DNA from: Negaprion brevirostris
Lineage: Eukaryota
Direction: 5' to 3'
DNA length: 64,000 nucleotides
Assembly: GCA_030324005.1 (NCBI GenBank)
Contig: JARDVH010000163.1
Location: 102,624,073 to 102,688,072, forward strand
The position numbers and the translations under genes are program-made. Positions 62,300 to 64,000 of this stretch are shown here, piece by piece (the first letter of the stretch is position 1; the number at the start of each line of letters is the position of its first letter). The notes under the pieces are model-generated. The model was not told the DNA's origin. It ran no database searches and worked only from the letters and a program-made list of their open reading frames with translations.

Positions 62300-62735
62300 G
62301 GGCATTCAGCCTCTGATCTTCGGGTAAGCATTCTCCAAGGTGGCCTTCACGACACACGACAACACAGAATTGCTGAGCAGAAACTGAAAGCTAAGTTCCG
62401 CGCATGAGCCTCAACTGGGATCTTGAGCTCATGTCACACTATCTGTAACCCTCTCAACGTGCCTGGGCTTGCAAAATCTCATGAATGTTCTGGCTGGAGA
62501 CAATACACACCTCTAACTTAACCCTCTCTCAACTCACATTGTCTGTATCTTTAAGACTTGATTACCTGTAAAGACTCACATTCCAATCATTATCTTGGAC
62601 ATTGAGTTTGTGTCTATATACGCTCTGTTTGTGCACATCACTCCCACTCATCTGCTGAAGGGGCAGTGCTCTGAAAGCTTGTGCTATCAAATAAACCTGT
62701 TGGACTTTAACCTGGTGTTGAGACTTCTTACTGGC
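62300..62735 (+). mobile_element. Penelope-like element 3' end (GIY-YIG C-terminus and terminal repeat)
   Basis: GHSASDLRVSILQGGLHDTRQHRIAEQKLKAKFR; terminal CTGCTGAAGGGGCAGTGCTCTGAAAGC..AATAAACCTGTTGGACTTTAACCTGGTGTTG. Confidence 0.85.
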
Positions 62736-63784
62736 TTCTCTAGAGCACGAGTTTTCAGCCAGAGGTCTGCAACCAAATTTCAAGAAGTCCAACAATGGCC
62801 TACGGTCTCTATCACAGACAATTTAAGATAAATGTAATGCTGATCCCAAAGATTGTAGAATTCATGCACCAATAAGGCTCCAGTGGACAACAGTACAGTA
62901 TCATTACAATCCCTGGCCCCAGCTCCACACAGGACATGAAGTACTGATACCCGTGGTTGGGCCTCAGAAGCTCATCATCATTAGTCCAGCATCACACTGT
63001 CAAGGAGATGCCATCCAGTCTCAATGGGTGCATTCTGTTCAGTTTCTTAATAAGGTACAAGGCAAGTAGTGAGAGTTGCTATGGCAGTCAAACCCATTGG
63101 TCTGTCGGTCAAATCTATTGATCTAATCGTAGCTGTCACTAAAGCTGGTAGACTAACCACTTCCAATTGACAGCTGATGAATCACAATGTGAAGGTTTAA
63201 CAGCTTTGGCAACAATCCACTAATTTAAACACATCTGAGCAAGGATGGACAGTGGGCATATGATGGATTTTTGTTGAAGTATCTCCACGGGCAGGATTTT
63301 CCTGGTGGGTTTCCGACAAGCTCAGGTTGGTTCAGAAAGTCATACCGTGTGGGAAGTAGTAGTTCAATACAATTTTCCCTGGAGCTTCCAATTAATAGCC
63401 AGAGCGTGAGCTTACCATCCAATTATCTATGATGGGTGTGCTCTTGAAGCTGGAGAGCCCATTAGAGGTCTTCCAGCTTGATTGCAGCAACAGGATGCAA
63501 TGGAAGTGAGCCCAATGCTAAATCAAATACCAGATTAAAGGATATCTCTGCTGACAAGATTGCAGAAAGTCTGTGGGCAGCTGTCAGTGAAGTGAACCAG
63601 ACGCATTTGATGAGAAACTGTAAATGTGCAGCAACTGATAATTTGCTACCAATTGTCACATGAACTTGGCAATAGAAGCTCAAAGAAACAGCAATAAGTT
63701 TGGTTATCCTGGTGTAAACTGAATGGTCTGTATAGGACACACATGATAAATTAATTTACAGGTCAGCAGACAAACAGCAAAACA

Positions 63785-63945
63785 GGGGCAGCAGGGTGGC
63801 ACAGTGCTGCCTCATCACACCAGATACCTGGGTTCAATTCCGGTCTTGCGTTATCGTGTGTGGAGTTTGCATCTTCTCTGTGAGTTTCCTCTAGGTGTTC
63901 CGGTTTCCTCCCACAATCCAAAAATATGCAGATTAGGTTGATTAA
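63785..63945 (+). mobile_element. HE1-type V-SINE, 5' half
   Basis: GGGGCAGCAGGGTGGCACAGTG..GGGTTCAATTCC..GTGTGGAGTTTGCA..CCGGTTTCCTCCCACAATCCAAA. Confidence 0.85.
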
Positions 63946-64000
63946 CTCCAGTTAATACTGGATTAAAATATCAGACAAATTAATATCAAATACATTAAAT

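Larger units (their letters stand above)
10327..64000 (-). other. PTPRG: Part of the very large PTPRG intron upstream of this exon (intron 2 equivalent)
   Basis: AG acceptor at 10327-10328; no exon-2-like peptide seen in the remaining 53 kb; this intron is very long in other vertebrates (inference). Confidence 0.7.

Noticed and set aside
1-64000. CRISPR array, operon or prokaryotic/viral defence system
   Set aside because: No regularly spaced repeat-spacer array or dense ORF organisation; all RT and nuclease fragments belong to ordinary degraded vertebrate transposons.

Overview
This is AT-rich vertebrate genomic DNA from a gappy draft assembly. The repeat content (HE1-type V-SINEs, SacSINE1-type DeuSINEs, CR1 LINEs with (TTCTTATG)n tails, Penelope and Rex1 elements) points to a shark or other elasmobranch. 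The only host coding sequence found is a 180-bp minus-strand exon (10147-10326) encoding the start of the carbonic-anhydrase-like domain of receptor tyrosine phosphatase gamma (PTPRG, equivalent to human exon 3). The rest of the window is therefore inferred to be PTPRG introns. These are filled with mostly degraded and often nested transposable elements: CR1, L2, RTE, Rex1, Penelope, two pogo/Tigger transposase fossils, Harbinger-like remnants and MITEs, and probable solo LTRs. Several repeat-free, motif-rich islands look like conserved non-coding elements. I did not find a convincing new multi-gene system. The most unusual items are a palindromic Penelope-derived mini-element with a hammerhead-like core, a dense hairpin cluster near 8.7-9.1 kb, a diverged ~350-bp direct duplication at 45-46.5 kb, and nested SINE arrangements. 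Repeat family names come from recalled consensus motifs, not database searches, and most repeat boundaries are approximate.
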